Source of the DNA: the human T2T-CHM13v2.0 reference genome, Homo sapiens | Reading direction: 5' to 3' (one strand) | DNA length: 64,000 nucleotides | NCBI RefSeq assembly: GCF_009914755.1 | Contig: NC_060931.1 | In this document: piece after piece, positions 20,288-33,544 of the stretch | Layout: the number at the start of each line of letters is the position of its first letter | Position numbering within the stretch: position 1 is the stretch's first letter | Program-made: the position numbers and the translations under genes | Notes under the pieces: generated by a model | The model's input: only the letters and a program-made list of their open reading frames with translations | Told to the model about the DNA's origin: nothing | Databases searched by the model: none

Positions 20288-21941
20288 TGTGTCCGGAATT
20301 GGTGGGTTCTTGGTCTCAATGACTTCCAAGAATGAAGCCACGGACCCTTGCGGTGAGTGTTAACAGTTCTTAAAGGCGGCATGTCCAGAGTTTGTTCCTT
20401 CTGATGTGGGGATGTGTTCGAAGTTTCTTCCTTTTGGTGGGTTTATGGTCTTACTGGCTCAGGATTGAAGCTGCAGACCTTCGCGATGAGTGTTACAGCT
20501 CTTAAGGCAGTGAGTCTGGAGTCGTTTTTTCCTCCCGGTGGGTTCGTGGTCTCGCTGGCTTCAGGAGTGAAGCTGCAGACCTTCGCGGTGAGTGTTACAG
20601 CTCATAAAGGCAGTGTGGACCCAAAGAGTGAGCAGCAGCAAGATTTATTGCGAAGAGCAAAAGAACAAAGCTTCCACAGTATGGAAGGGGACCCGAGCGG
20701 GTTGCCACTGCTGGCTCGGGCAGCCTGCTTTTATTTTCTTATCTGGCCCCACCCACATCCTGCTGATTGGCCCATTTTACAGAGAGCCGATTGGTCTGTT
20801 TTACAGAGCGCTGATTGGTCCATTTTGACACGGTGCTGATTGGTGCGTTTACAATCCCTGAGCTAGACACAAAAGTTCTCCACGTCACCACTAGATTAGC
20901 TACATACAGAGTGTAGATTGGTGTATTTACAAACCCTGAGCTAGACACAGAATGCTGATTGGTGCATTTACAAACCTTGAGCTAGACACAGAGTGCTGAT
21001 TGCTGCATTTACAAACCTTCAGCTAGACACAGAGTGCCGATTGGTGCATTCACAATCCCTTAGCTAGACATAAAGATTCTCCAAGTCCCCACCAAGATTA
21101 GCTAGACACAGCTGATTGGTGCATTTCCAAACCTTGAGCTAGACACAGAGTGCTGATTGGTGTGTTTACAAACCTTGAGCTAGATACAGAGTGCTGATTG
21201 GTGTATTTACAATCCCCTAGCTAGACGTAAAGGTTGTCTAAGTCCCCACCAGACTCAGGAGCCCTGCTGGCTTCACCCAGTGGATTTCGCACCAGGGCTG
21301 CAGGTGGAGCTGCCTGCCAGTCCCGTGCCATGCGCCCGCACTCCTCAGCCCTTGGGCAGTCGATGGGACCGGGTGCCATGGAGCAGGGGGCGGTGCTTGT
21401 TGGGGAGACTCAGGCCGTGCAGGAGCCCACGGGGGTTGGGGGAGACTCAGGCTGTGCAGGAGCCCACGGCTGGGTGGGGGTAGACTCAGGCATGGTGGAC
21501 TGCAGATCCTGAGCCCTGCCTCGCGGGGAGGCAGCTAAGGCCTGGCGAGAAATCGAGCGCAGCGCCAGTGGGCCAGTACTGCTGGGGGACCCGGCGCATC
21601 CTCCGCAGCTGCTGACCCAGGTGTTAAGCCCCTCACTGCCGGGGGCCAGCAGGGCCGGCCGGCAGGCCAGCCGCTCCAAGTGCAGGGCCCGCCAAGCCCA
21701 CACCCACCCGGAACTCTAGCTGGCCTGCAAACACCGCGCGCAGCCCCGGTTGCCACCCGTGCCTCTCCCTCCACACCTCCCCGCAAGCCGAGGGAGCCAG
21801 CTGCAGCCTCGGCCAGCCCGGAGAAGGGCTCCCACGATGCAGCGGTGGGCTGAAGGGCTCCTCAAGCGCAGCCAGAATGGGCGCCGAGGCCGAGGAGGCA
21901 CCGAGAGTGAGCCAGGGCTGCCAGCACGCTGTCACCTCTCA
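20288..21941 (-). mobile_element. ERV9 solo LTR (LTR12, D/E-like), 1654 bp
   Basis: Minus strand begins TGAGAGGTGACAGCGTGCTGGCAG and ends TCCGGACACA; 4-bp TSD ATAG on both sides; tandem GCTGATTGG repeats; CpG-rich U3. Confidence 0.95.
20700..21215 (-). promoter_or_regulatory. LTR12 U3 promoter/enhancer: about 10 CCAAT boxes, a GATA site and a TATA-like AATAAAA
   Basis: Repeated GATTGG (CCAATC on minus strand), AGATAAG at 20738-20744 and AATAAAA at 20729-20735, matching the known ERV9 LTR layout. Activity is not shown. Confidence 0.7.
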
Positions 21942-22104
21942 ATAGGAAGTTGGAATATGCTTTGTATAAGAAAGAATGGATAGACCTTTAAAGTTCTAGT
22001 GGAGACTTTGAGGAGAATGTTAGAAAATGAAGTTCACAAGGTTGGTAGAAGTTTGGTTGTAGAATGACGATGTCAGACCAAGGACAGGTGAAAAGGGTAT
22101 GTGA

Positions 22105-22382
<278 letters not shown>

Positions 22383-23053
22383 TTTTGTTTTTTAACAGAC
22401 GTAGGAGAAATGGGGAAGCCAGTTTCGGGACCATAGTATTGACTCAGATATCAGTGATGGGAAGTCTGAACTTGAGTGTAAAGTATGTGGTTCTCAAGAG
22501 TCTTAAAAAAATAAAAATAAAAAAGAATTTGATGTATGAATGGAGAGAGGAAAAATATTTTAAGGGTAATTCTGTAGAGTTTGAATCTGGATGACCATGA
22601 AAGTGCTTGTGCCATTGAAAGAAATGACTTCCAGAAAATGAAAGTGATGAACCTGAATTTTGATATTTGTTAATAAGTCTGAGCTAATAGTATGTTGAAA
22701 GTGTCTAGTTTGTATCTGGAGATTGGTCCTGAGAAGAGATCAGAATCAGCAGTCTAGATATGAAAGTCTTTTGCATGGAGATGGTGTAGAAATTATGGCA
22801 GTGTATGAAATTGAGGCAGACAGTTTTGAGTTTGAATTGCAGAATTATGAGAACTGAACTTAGGGTTACACCTGGTCTTTGGGGGCCAAAAGCAGAAAGT
22901 TAAGAAAAGTGAGAACCATCAGAGAAATAGAAAGAGAACAGGGTAGTATGTCAGCAGCTAAGAGGAATCTCAGATGGTATTGAATGTTGACTTGAGAGTA
23001 TTGAGAAAAGTTCAGCAGGTTTTGTGTTTGAATCATTTGATAAGACCTAAGAA

Positions 23054-23203
23054 CTGTGCTGTTCAATATGAAAGCCGTTGGTCACATGTGGCTTATAAAC
23101 CTAAAATTAATTAAAATTAAAAACTTATTTCCTCAGTTGCATTAACTACATTTAAAGTGCTAATTACCACATGTGGCAAGAGGCTATCATATTGGACAGC
23201 ACT
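23054..23203. mobile_element. MER3-like hAT-Charlie DNA transposon
   Basis: Inverted termini CTGTGCTGTTCAATATG ... CATATTGGACAGCAC with internal CACATGTGGC motifs. Confidence 0.75.
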
Positions 23204-24264
23204 GATAAATAACTTTTCTTTTTTTTTTTTTTTGAGACAGGGTCTGTCACCCAAGTGAAAGTGCTTCTAAAATGAGATTTTAAAAAGGTGAGTCAATGTT
23301 TGGAGAACCAGTCAGATGCTGATAATAGAAGGGAGAATAAAGATACTTTTGGGTGACTTCTCAGTAAATTAGGAGGCAAAATCATCTACAGATTGTAAGG
23401 TGCAAGGAAAGGGGAATGAGGATTTGAGGACAGAGGGAAAAAAATTGGAACAGCCAATGAAGGGCTATGTACATTGCCAGCATAGGATGAATGAAAGGTT
23501 ACCAAGCAACAGTGATGGCTCAGGTAATGTAAAGTTTAGGGCTTTATTAGCCCTCCTGTAATCTCTTTCCTTGGTGTTTAGCAGCCTAAGAACACCAGAA
23601 AGTGGATGATAAGAATTACCATCAGGTGTGGCAGAAGTTCAGCGAGACACAAGGGATTACCACGGATGCTAAGCGAAGCCAGAGGAGGGTTGGATTGAGA
23701 GTGTGTCCACATAACTAGGGAACAAAGTGAGGATGAAGATTGAGTTCAAAAATAAACGGAGTGAAAGGGACAGGAAGTTAAATATCGTGGTTGGAGAAGA
23801 GATAGTGCCAAGCCTGACTTCTTGGAGGAAGAGCAGTTCTAGTTGAAGACAGAGTTTGAGCTGGGTTGTGTCTGTAGGAGACATCTGAATGTAGAACTGA
23901 TTTTTTTTCCAAACCTGCTTCCTCTCCGGGGTTCCCCTATTTCTGTTAATGGGATCATCATCACTCAAATTAGAATACTTATAGATTTATTTGATCTTTA
24001 TCAATTAATTATCTTAAAAGTTTATAGTTCTAAGGTTCAAGTCTTAGTTTAGCCACTTAAATCTTGATCAAGTGTTTCTCTAGGTCTGACTGTCCTCATC
24101 TGTAAAATGGCAGAAATCATGTTACTTTAGTGGGATAAGATATGTAAAGTACTTTGCACAGTGCTTAGAACACAGAAAAGATTTCACTAAGTGCTAGCAA
24201 CTATTTATTATGATAATTATTATTTATTCTTATATCTGATTCATTCCCTTGTCAGGGCGCTCTC

Positions 24265-24537
24265 TTTTTTTTTTTTTTTTTTTTGAGATGGAGTCTAGTT
24301 CTGTCACCCAGGCTGGAGTGCATGGCCTCCCGGGTTCATGCCGTTCTCCTGCCTTAGCCTCCCGAGTAGCTGGGACTACAGGCACCCACCACCACGCCCA
24401 GCTAATTTTTTGTATTTTTAGTGGAGACAGGGTTTCACTGTGTTAGCCAGGATGGTCTCGATCTCCTGACCTCATGATCCGCCCACCTCGGCCTCCCAAA
24501 GTGCTGGGATTACAGGCGTGAGCCACTGCGCCCGGCC
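24265..24537 (-). mobile_element. AluY-like with internal deletion
   Basis: Y-type GGTTCATGCC(G)TTCTCC and TTAGCCAGGATGG; about 30 nt missing in the right arm; TSD GTCAGGGC...TCTCTTT. Confidence 0.9.
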
Positions 24538-24724
24538 AGTCAGGGCTCTCTTTCAGAGCCTCGTGATCTGGAAGGTAAAATAGCTTCTTTCCTAACTGGT
24601 ATCTCTGCCTCTACGTTTTCACATGTTTATTTTGTTCTTGACATTTCAGAGTTTTCCTAAAACTGAGATCTGATACACCCCTGCTCCGTTTGTCACAATC
24701 TTTGTTTAAAAATCTATTTTCTAT

Positions 24725-24856
24725 TTTTTTTTTTTTTTTAGAGATGGGGTCTTACTGTGTTGCCCTGGCTAGACTCAAACTCCTGGGCTCAGGCAGTTCT
24801 CCAGTCTCAGCCTTCTGAGTAGCTGGGACCACAGGTGTGCACCACTGTGCCAAGCT
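24725..24856 (-). mobile_element. Alu monomer (FLAM-like)
   Basis: Poly-T plus a single arm. Confidence 0.8.
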
Positions 24857-25818
24857 TCCTCACAACCTTCATAGGCTTCCAATTGCAGACTTTTCAAGTT
24901 ATAAAAACTGTCAAGAGGTAATAGAGCCCAATGTAGAATAAAAGTTGGTGATAGAGGCTATAGCAATGCATTACTACTATGGTGACTCATTGTACATCTA
25001 AAGGACCGGAAGTAGCTTTAAAACTTTTTAAGACTATTTACAATTTCACATAGAATTAGCCAGATTTTCCTTTTTTGATTTATTTTTCACCATCAACTTA
25101 GGCAAGTATGGTTCAACGTAGAATGAGGGAAAATTAGAAAATTTTTTTTGTTTTGTTTTAAATATGGCAAATTCTGTTTAAAGAAAGTATTCATATCTTT
25201 CTAGGGTTTTCCGGCTAGGAAGGATTTCCTCAACATAAACAGAGTTGAGAATAGTTGACAGTTATCTGGAGCAAGATTAGAATAAATAGAAATAACTAGG
25301 TACCAAAGAGGGTGTATATCTTTGTTTTCCTAAGCTTTTCTCTCCAACACCAAATGACTAGAGTTGCCTTTCCTTCCTAGCTCAGGGAGTTTCAAAAGAG
25401 CAATACCTTCAAGCATCAGAATTGATAGACAGGTGTTACTGTGTTTACCTCTAACTCCCTGTTGCCTGCAAAGTCCAAATAATATCCTAGTGCTTAAGGA
25501 GAGAATATAGCCAACCAGAAAAGAGTGTAGGGCTCTGGATTCAGGCTGACCTAGGTTCACATCTTAGCTTTGCCACTTAATAGCAGCTATGTAATCTTGG
25601 GAAATATGCATAACCTCCCCAAATCTTAGAAGACAGCATTAGACAAAGTATAGGTGTAAAATAGTTTAGTTCGATTATAGCCATTTAGTAAATTGAGTAA
25701 GTGCGAGTGATTATTGTGTGGCAGGTATTCTGGATTGGGGATGGGAAGGATGGGCATAATACCTTAACAAGGATTCCCTCTCTCCTACCCTAGAAAGTCC
25801 CTTCTTTAAGAAGTTGAC

Positions 25819-26016
25819 AGCCTGGACAACATAGCAAGACCTTGTCACAATAAAAAATTTAGCTGGGTATGGTGGCACTTGCCTGTTGTCCTACTGGAGA
25901 GGGCTGAGGCGGGATGATTGCTTGAGCCTAGGGGTTTGAGATTACAGTGAGCTATGATTGCACTACTGCACTGCAGGCTGGGCAACAGAGCAAGACCCTG
26001 TCTCTTAAAAAAAAAA
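25819..26016 (+). mobile_element. 5'-truncated Alu (J-like)
   Basis: End of left arm, right arm and A tail. Confidence 0.85.
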
Positions 26017-27202
26017 GGTTTAATTAAGGCCCTTCCTGATCTATCCTTCCAACCCTATCTTTAGCCCCCTCACCTCCTTGAACTTTAATCTCCAGTGGTA
26101 TGCTGTCTCAGGGTTATGTCTTTAAATATAGCCTTCCCACTGCCTTCCCATTTGCCTTTATTCTTTCCACCTGTCAGTGGATTCATCTCCTCTGTGAAGC
26201 CTTCATTGTTTCTTTTTGACAGTAAATCACTGTCCTCTCTGTTAAGTAGGCATTTTATGCACATTTTTGTTATTGTGCATATTATAATTATTTATTTGAG
26301 TGTGTCTTCCCTACAGGTGAGGGCTTCTGGTCAGATCTTATTTATCATTTCTCCAGCAGCATTAAGCACATAGCAGGTACTCAGTAGAAGTTTGCTGTAT
26401 GAATAAATCTCACTTCTATACTAAGTCCACATCCAAAGTGCTAGGACTTAAGGAAATGTGAATGGCTGTTAAGTATTTGTACTTAATACATTTGCAGTTT
26501 GTTTTACTGGAGTTAACATTCCTCTTGAGTGTTTATCATATTCCAGACATTATGCTAAGACGTGTGCTATATACACTATTTCAGTCAACTCCCACAGCTC
26601 CCAGGTCCTCAAAGGAAGAAACTGCAGGGAGAATCAGAACTCAGAAACAGGTCTGCTTGACCCAAAAGTTCTACTTTCGGCTCTACTAAACTGTTGCGCC
26701 TGTTCAGTAACTCAATATTGGTTCACAGATTGTACATAACCCATAGTATGTTGATAGTCCTGGAAGTCATTGGCTAATGGGGTTCACCTTCATTTAAGAG
26801 ATACAGAAGGTACTCGGTTATTTCTTAATATTTTCATTTATAGTTCATCTACAGGAAAACATGTCATTGAAGCTCTTCCATAAGGCAAAGAAGTATTTTG
26901 TAATTAATAAGCATAATTTTCAAATCTAGGATTTTTTTTTTTTTTACCACCAGTGTACCATGGAATCTCTCTAGTCATATGTCTGTCAAAACTGTCACAG
27001 CCTATTCCCAAATGTATGTAGCTCTCTTTTCAAAGGCTTTAATTCAGTCATATAGTTTCTGTTTTTGTGGAGACTCATGTAGTTTTTATAGGGATCACAC
27101 AAATGTACCATATTTTAATTTTTCATATGTTTTGTTATAGCTGTTTATAATGATATGAATGAGAGGCATAAATGTTAGTTGAGTTATTCCAGTGCTGAGT
27201 TT

Positions 27203-27416
27203 CAGTGGATTTCTTAATCTCAGCATTATTGACATTTTAGGCCAGGTAATTCTTTGTTTTTGGGGTCTGTTTTGTGCATTGTAAGATGTTTAGCAGCATC
27301 CCAGGCCTCTACTCACTATATACCAGTAATCTCACACTTTGTGACAACCAAAAATGTCTCCAGACATTGCTGAGTATCTCCTGGAAGGCAAAATTACCTT
27401 CATTTGGGAACCACTG
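27203..27416. mobile_element. MER20 hAT-Charlie DNA transposon
   Basis: CAGTGG...CCACTG termini; internal GACAACCAAAAATGTCTCCAGACATTGC. Confidence 0.85.
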
Positions 27417-28289
27417 GCTTAAAGGTACTTAGAGCCAACAAAAGTAGAATTAAAAAAAAATTTTTTTTTAAATCTAGTTACCTTTAAAAAAACAACTTTA
27501 TTTATATATATCCATACCATATTATACAACAACTTCAAGTGTATATTCAATGGCTTTTGGTATATTGATAGAGTTTTGCAGCTATCACCACAATCTAGTT
27601 TTAGAACATTTATATGACCTCATAAAGAAACCCTTATTAGCAGTCATTCCCCATTTCTCCTTTCTATCCTCCCCAGCCCTAAGCATATTTGGTTATCTTT
27701 TTATGTTTAGGAATATACATCCTGCTTGCTTATTTTAAGTCAGATCATTATGTAAACCAAATCCTATTTTAGAGTGTGTTTATTGAAAGTTATTTGCAAT
27801 GTTAGGAGACATATTTTTTGAGAGGACCTTAGACATTTTCTTAGGCAGATTCCAAGTTTAATCTGTAAAGGAAGTCAATCTAGGTAGGCTCAGTTAAGAA
27901 TCATTTTAGTATTATTCAGAACAGAAAAAATCCCACTGCCCCCCATGGCAAGTTTTGTATCATAGAAATCAACAGCTTTTGTTTTTCCTGATCAGTTATA
28001 TTAGAAAACCTTGTTCCCTAGGTTATATGCACAAAACATAATTAAGAAACACATGTACTTTGAACCTGCTGTATGATTATTATTAAATAGGTCAATTTCA
28101 GTTTATTGGTTGGTGAGTTTATTTATAGGTAGATAGATAAATAGTTTTGTTTTTCAAATTTGCGGATCTGTCTTACTTACAGAGTAATGTTACTTACTAT
28201 TTACTATAAGAAAAAACCTTGCAAATCGTCTTTTCCAAAAGAAGAAATAAGGCACAGTTGGATTATTTTGTGTACACACACGCATCTGT

Positions 28290-28960
28290 TTTAAATTGTG
28301 TTCATTTCTGTCCCTATTCCTAAGCTAACAGCACCTTATTTTAATTACTGTAGCTACCTACATATCTTTATTCTACTATTCTGCTTTTTCAGACTTTTCT
28401 TAGCTGATTTTTCACATGTCAAATTAGCAGACTTTCATGGAAAAGTTTCGAATTAAATTTGTGATTGCATTCACTTCCTAGAATAATTTTGGAAGAATTG
28501 ACACATTTAGTTTAATGATTCTTCCTATCCAAGAACATATATTTCTCTCTTTTGAGGTCTTGTTTTATATCCTTTATTAAATCTTCCTCAAGATCTTGCA
28601 TATTACTAATTAGATTGATTTCTCAGATATTTGTGGTTATTGTTGCTATTATGAATGGAATTTTTTTTTTTTCTTTTTCAATTGTTTGTTGCTGATATGG
28701 TTGGGAACTGTTGCTTTTTTATGTTGCTCTTGTATTTGGCCATCTCGCTGATGTACAGATGTCATATTATAATAATTTGTTGATTTTTCTATAGTTTTCT
28801 AAGTAATATAATTATATCTTTTGTAAATCATGACAGTTTCGTTACTTCCTTTTAAGTCTTTATTTCTTATATAGATCTGTTATTTCTTGCCTTACTACAT
28901 TGGCTTAGACCTTAAGGAAATGTACAGTATTAGAGGTGAGAGCAGTAATCACTTCTATTA
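28290..28960 (-). mobile_element. Old L1M ORF2 fragment
   Basis: T-rich, with L1 antisense motifs such as GGAAGAATTGACA...TCTTCCTATCCAAGAACAT. Confidence 0.6.
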
Positions 28961-29663
28961 GAAACTACAGTGAGATATCCAATTTTTTGTTTATTAAATG
29001 ATTTTATACATTTTACTGAATTTCTCATGCTCCATGAGATGAAACAGCATTCTCCCATACTTCTGGTGGAAATGTAAATGAATGCAGCTCTTTATATATA
29101 CTCCTGTAATTTTATAATCTAGATAGTCTTACAAATGTTTCATGTCCTTTGATTTAGTAATCTCACTTCTAGGACTATCCCTTGGAAATAATAAACAATA
29201 TTTTAGTTCAAGTTGCTCATTACTTTATGTTACTTATAATAAGTATTTGGAAATAAATATCTAACAGTACAGTAATGGCTTTGTAAATTATGGTATATGA
29301 TGAAATATTGCACAACTATTAAAATAATTTGTAATATTAATAACTTAGAAGTACTTATATTACTAAATAAGTAAAAGAGGATAATACAGAATTTTTATAT
29401 AGTAAAGTTGTATCAGCATCAAAATACATTGAACAAAGATTAAAACAGAACTTAGATCATCACATCAAAATGATAATAGTGGTAATCTATGGGTAATTAC
29501 TTTCTGGATGATTTCATTTCCTCATTCATAGTTTTCTATGGTGAGCATGCTTTGTTCTTAAAATCAGAAGAAAAAGAAACTTAAAGTGTATGTGTTTGTA
29601 ATACTAAACTATTTATTTTCATCAAAATAGGTAGAAAGGGAGAAATCTTAGCCTATTCCCTAA

Positions 29664-29993
<330 letters not shown>

Positions 29994-31199
29994 TATAATT
30001 TTTTAGAGTTAATATTTTTATAATACTCTTTTCAAAAAAAAAACACCTTGCTGAATGTAGATAGCAAATGTCATAGGAGAAATCTGATACCTGAGAGAGT
30101 AGTACATAGTTTCAGAACCAAGGTTGAGAGTTATGCTCTGGGATCTGCTTCTAAATGATCTGACTGCCATATCAGTGAGTCAGGGAGGAAGTGTAGCAGA
30201 TATCCACTTGATTTGGTTTCTTACTGTCTTGTCACCCATGTGCATGTGTATTGTAAACTAGCTGTCATTTAGCAGCCCTGTGATATACTGCTGGCCGAGT
30301 TTCGTAAGAAAGCTTCTATGTTTGTATAGATTTTAGATTATCATTCGCTTTATTTAAGAAACATTCATTAAGTACTTTCAGTGTGTCAGGAACCTTGGTA
30401 GCCAAAGGACAAATGACATAAAAACCACACAGATGGCCTCTTTCTTGAGCAGCTTTTGTTGGAAATAATTTATGACTAATATTATGATGGAGTGAGATGG
30501 TGTCTTACTAGTAAGACCAGAAATACTTAAATTCTAATTCAACCAATTCTTGAGATCCCTTAGGGAGCTAGGTATACCAAAATTCAAGTTAGAATTTGTT
30601 GGCTTAGGCATAGGCCCCTGCCTCACAATCCAGAGAACTAGGTTATTCTATATGGAATATGCCTTTTTCCTTTACCAGCTAAACCTGACTTTCCTTTCTA
30701 CGTGTTAGCTTAAATTCAAGTCGTCTCAAATTTTACTACTCTACTAAGGCAAAAAACTACTGGTACTAAAAGAAAATGAGCAAGAAATGTCCAACAAGCT
30801 AGATCTTGTTGAATAGTTAGCAATTCAGATGTCTTACTACCTACCAACAAACTGTCCCCCTCCATTACCTTGGCCCAGTTTCTATATTTGGAAAAAAAAA
30901 AAAAAAAAAAAGCAGAACAAAAAAGGAATAAGAAAGATGGCTTGGCTGCTCCAAGCAGCCTTGGAATGTTTTACCTCTGGTAATGTGGAAGAAAAATAAA
31001 AGAACGGCCATCCTCAGTCTGTTTCACCATAATGTGTAGTTACAATACCAAGAAATTTTGAGTTATTAAAAAAATTATTTTACAAAGCAGTTTCATTGGT
31101 AAGAAGGATTAAAGACTAAAATCTGTAAGATGAATAGACTTTTGTCAGACCAAGGGAGATGGAGGTTTGGGGTGGGAGAATGTGTTGGATTCCAGCTAT

Positions 31200-31288
31200 A
31201 TTATTCAAATGCTCGGAGACACAGAACATTAGAGAAGACAGGAGTTCACTGTAGGTGATGGTGAGAGTGGGCATGGAGCAGGAGTGCC
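31200..31288 (+). ncRNA. MIR1183: MIR1183 annotated precursor (mature about 31247-31273)
   Basis: CACTGTAGGTGATGGTGAGAGTGGGCA at 31247-31273 matches my recall of hsa-miR-1183, annotated in an SP4 intron. Biological validity is doubtful. Confidence 0.8.
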
Positions 31289-31694
31289 AAGAGATGAAGT
31301 TATAAAACTAAGCAGGAGTTAGATCATGAAGAACTTTATGTACTATGCTAAGAAATACTGACCTTATTGTGAATGTATGGAGGGCCCATTGGCTTTTTGG
31401 GGAGCTAGGTCTGCAATATGAATATTAGAAGGGGCAAAACTGGTGATAAGGGCTTGCACTAGTGTACAAGCAATAGGTATGGTGAAAATGGAGACATTTG
31501 AGATATTTTGAAGAGGTAGACTTAACAGGGACTTATGATCAACATAGATAATGTATATGGTGGAAAGAGAATAGCTTTTTGAGTTGGATAAGTGTGGGTT
31601 CAAATCCCAGCTCTGTCACTTTTCCATTTTAGGATCTTGGATGTTTTACATACCCCTGAGAACCTTAGTTTTCTCATCTTAATTGGGACAGTAA

Positions 31695-31988
31695 GCTGGG
31701 TGCCATGGCTTGTGCCTATAGTCCCAGCTACTTGGGAGGCTGAGGCAGGAGGATCACTTGAGGTCAGGAGTTTGAGTGTAGCGTGGGCAACATAGTGAGA
31801 CATAATCTCTAAAAGAATTTTAAAAATTAACTAGGTGTGGTGGCATGCATCTGTAGTCCCAACTACTCAGGAGGCTGAGGCAGGAGGATTGCTTGAGTCC
31901 AAGAGTTAGAGGCTACAGTAAGCCATGATTGTGCCGCTGTACTCTAGCCTGGGCAAGAGAGCAAGACTCCATTTATTAAAAATAAAAA
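31695..31988 (+). mobile_element. Alu (J-like) inserted in a MIR
   Basis: TSD TTGGGACAGTAA; MIR core GGGTTCAAATCCCAGCTCTGTCACTT upstream at about 31596. Confidence 0.88.
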
Positions 31989-32407
31989 TTTGGGACAGTA
32001 ATATTTAGCCCATAGGGATGTGAAACAATATATGGAAAACATCCAGTAAAGTGCCTTACCACATAGTAGATATAAAACAATAGTTGCTCTTGTTGTCAGG
32101 GTGAAGGAGATAGAGAGGAATCAAGAATGACTTCCAAATTTTCTATTTGAATGGTGAAAAAGAGCTATATTAGGAAAGTGGGCTAAGCTATCTGGTTCTT
32201 AGATTGCTTGTGAGGATTCAGGTGGAAGTGTTCACTGGCAGTTGATAGTAAGAGTATGACACTTCTGAGTGGAAGGCACAGATCTGTGAGTTAATCAGCT
32301 TACACATAGCAGTAAAAGTTATGAAAGTAGATGAGGTCCCCCAAGAAGAGAGTTAGAATGAGAAGTCAGAACCCTGGAGAGTGGCCTAGGAAGAGTAGAG
32401 GGTGTAT

Positions 32408-32733
32408 TTTGTTTGATTGTTTGTTTGTTTGTTTGTTTTTGAGAGGGACTTTCTCTGTCACCCAGGCTGAAGTTGAAGTACAGTGGTGCCATCACGGCTC
32501 ACTGAAGTCTTGATCCCCAGGGCTCAAGTGATCCTCTCACCTCAGCACCTCATTCTCATGAGTAGCCAGGACTACAGGCACATGCCACCATGCCTGGCTA
32601 ATTTTTTAATTTTTTTAAGAGATGGCATCTCACTGCGTTGCCTAGGTTGGTCTTGAACTCCTGGGCTCAAGCAGTCCTCCTGCCTCGGCCTCCCAAAGTG
32701 CGGGGATTACAGGTGTGAGCCACTGCACCTGGC
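32408..32733 (-). mobile_element. Alu (J-like)
   Basis: (TTTG)n tail and reverse dimer. Confidence 0.88.
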
Positions 32734-32797
32734 TGATAAATCTTTTCAGAAAGTGACATAAATTTAGATTTAAGTGCTGATTTTAAAAAATTGCTAA

Positions 32798-32936
32798 GGC
32801 CATGCATGGTGGTGCATGCCTGTAATCTCAGCTACTTGGGAGACCAAGGCAGGAGAATTGCTTGAGCCCTGGAGTTCAAGACTGGTCTGAACAGCAGAGT
32901 GAGACCCCCATCTCTTAAAAAAAAAGAAAAAAAAAA
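32798..32936 (+). mobile_element. Alu monomer (FLAM-like)
   Basis: Single arm with A tail. Confidence 0.82.
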
Positions 32937-33544
32937 GCAACCAAACAAAAAGGAGCTAACAGAGAAGAAGGGGTTTCTGAAATGTAGGAAGTTAGCTCAC
33001 AGAGTCAAAATTGAATAAGGATGGAGTGGCGAGTGGTGTCAAATGCAGCAGAGCAGTCCTGTAATGGTCACTGAAAAAATGCACAATAGATTTGGTCATT
33101 AGAAGGAAGACTGTGAACCAGGAGCTGAGTAAGTCCTTGTGGTAGAGTGCTTTGAATGCCAGACTTTGGTCGGTGGAAGAATGATTAAATGTTATTGAGC
33201 ACGAAAGTGAGATGATCAGAACACTACTTTTTTATTTTTCTGGCAGCAGTGTGAAGGATGAGAAAGGAGGGAAAGCTCAATTTAGGTTGGTAGAGGCACA
33301 GATTGAACAAGGGCTTGGATCAAGATGATAATCTTGCTTGGAAACAGGTTAGCGTAAGAGCTGTTAGGCAGTAGTGTCTTCAAAATTTGGTCATCACTGG
33401 ATGTAATGAGTAAAGAAGTAGCCTAAAAGATGACATTTTAAGGTTTTCAGTGTGGATAACAAGGAGAATAGGGGTAGCATTTACTGAAACAGGGACATTA
33501 GCAGAAGCAAGACTGGAAGATGAAATCATTTTTTATTTTTAAAC

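Noticed and set aside
20414-21983. Cluster of overlapping ORFs and CRISPR-like periodic repeats
   Set aside because: These are GC-rich LTR12 sequence and its U3/U5 tandem repeats; there are no unique spacers or cas genes, and the DNA is human.
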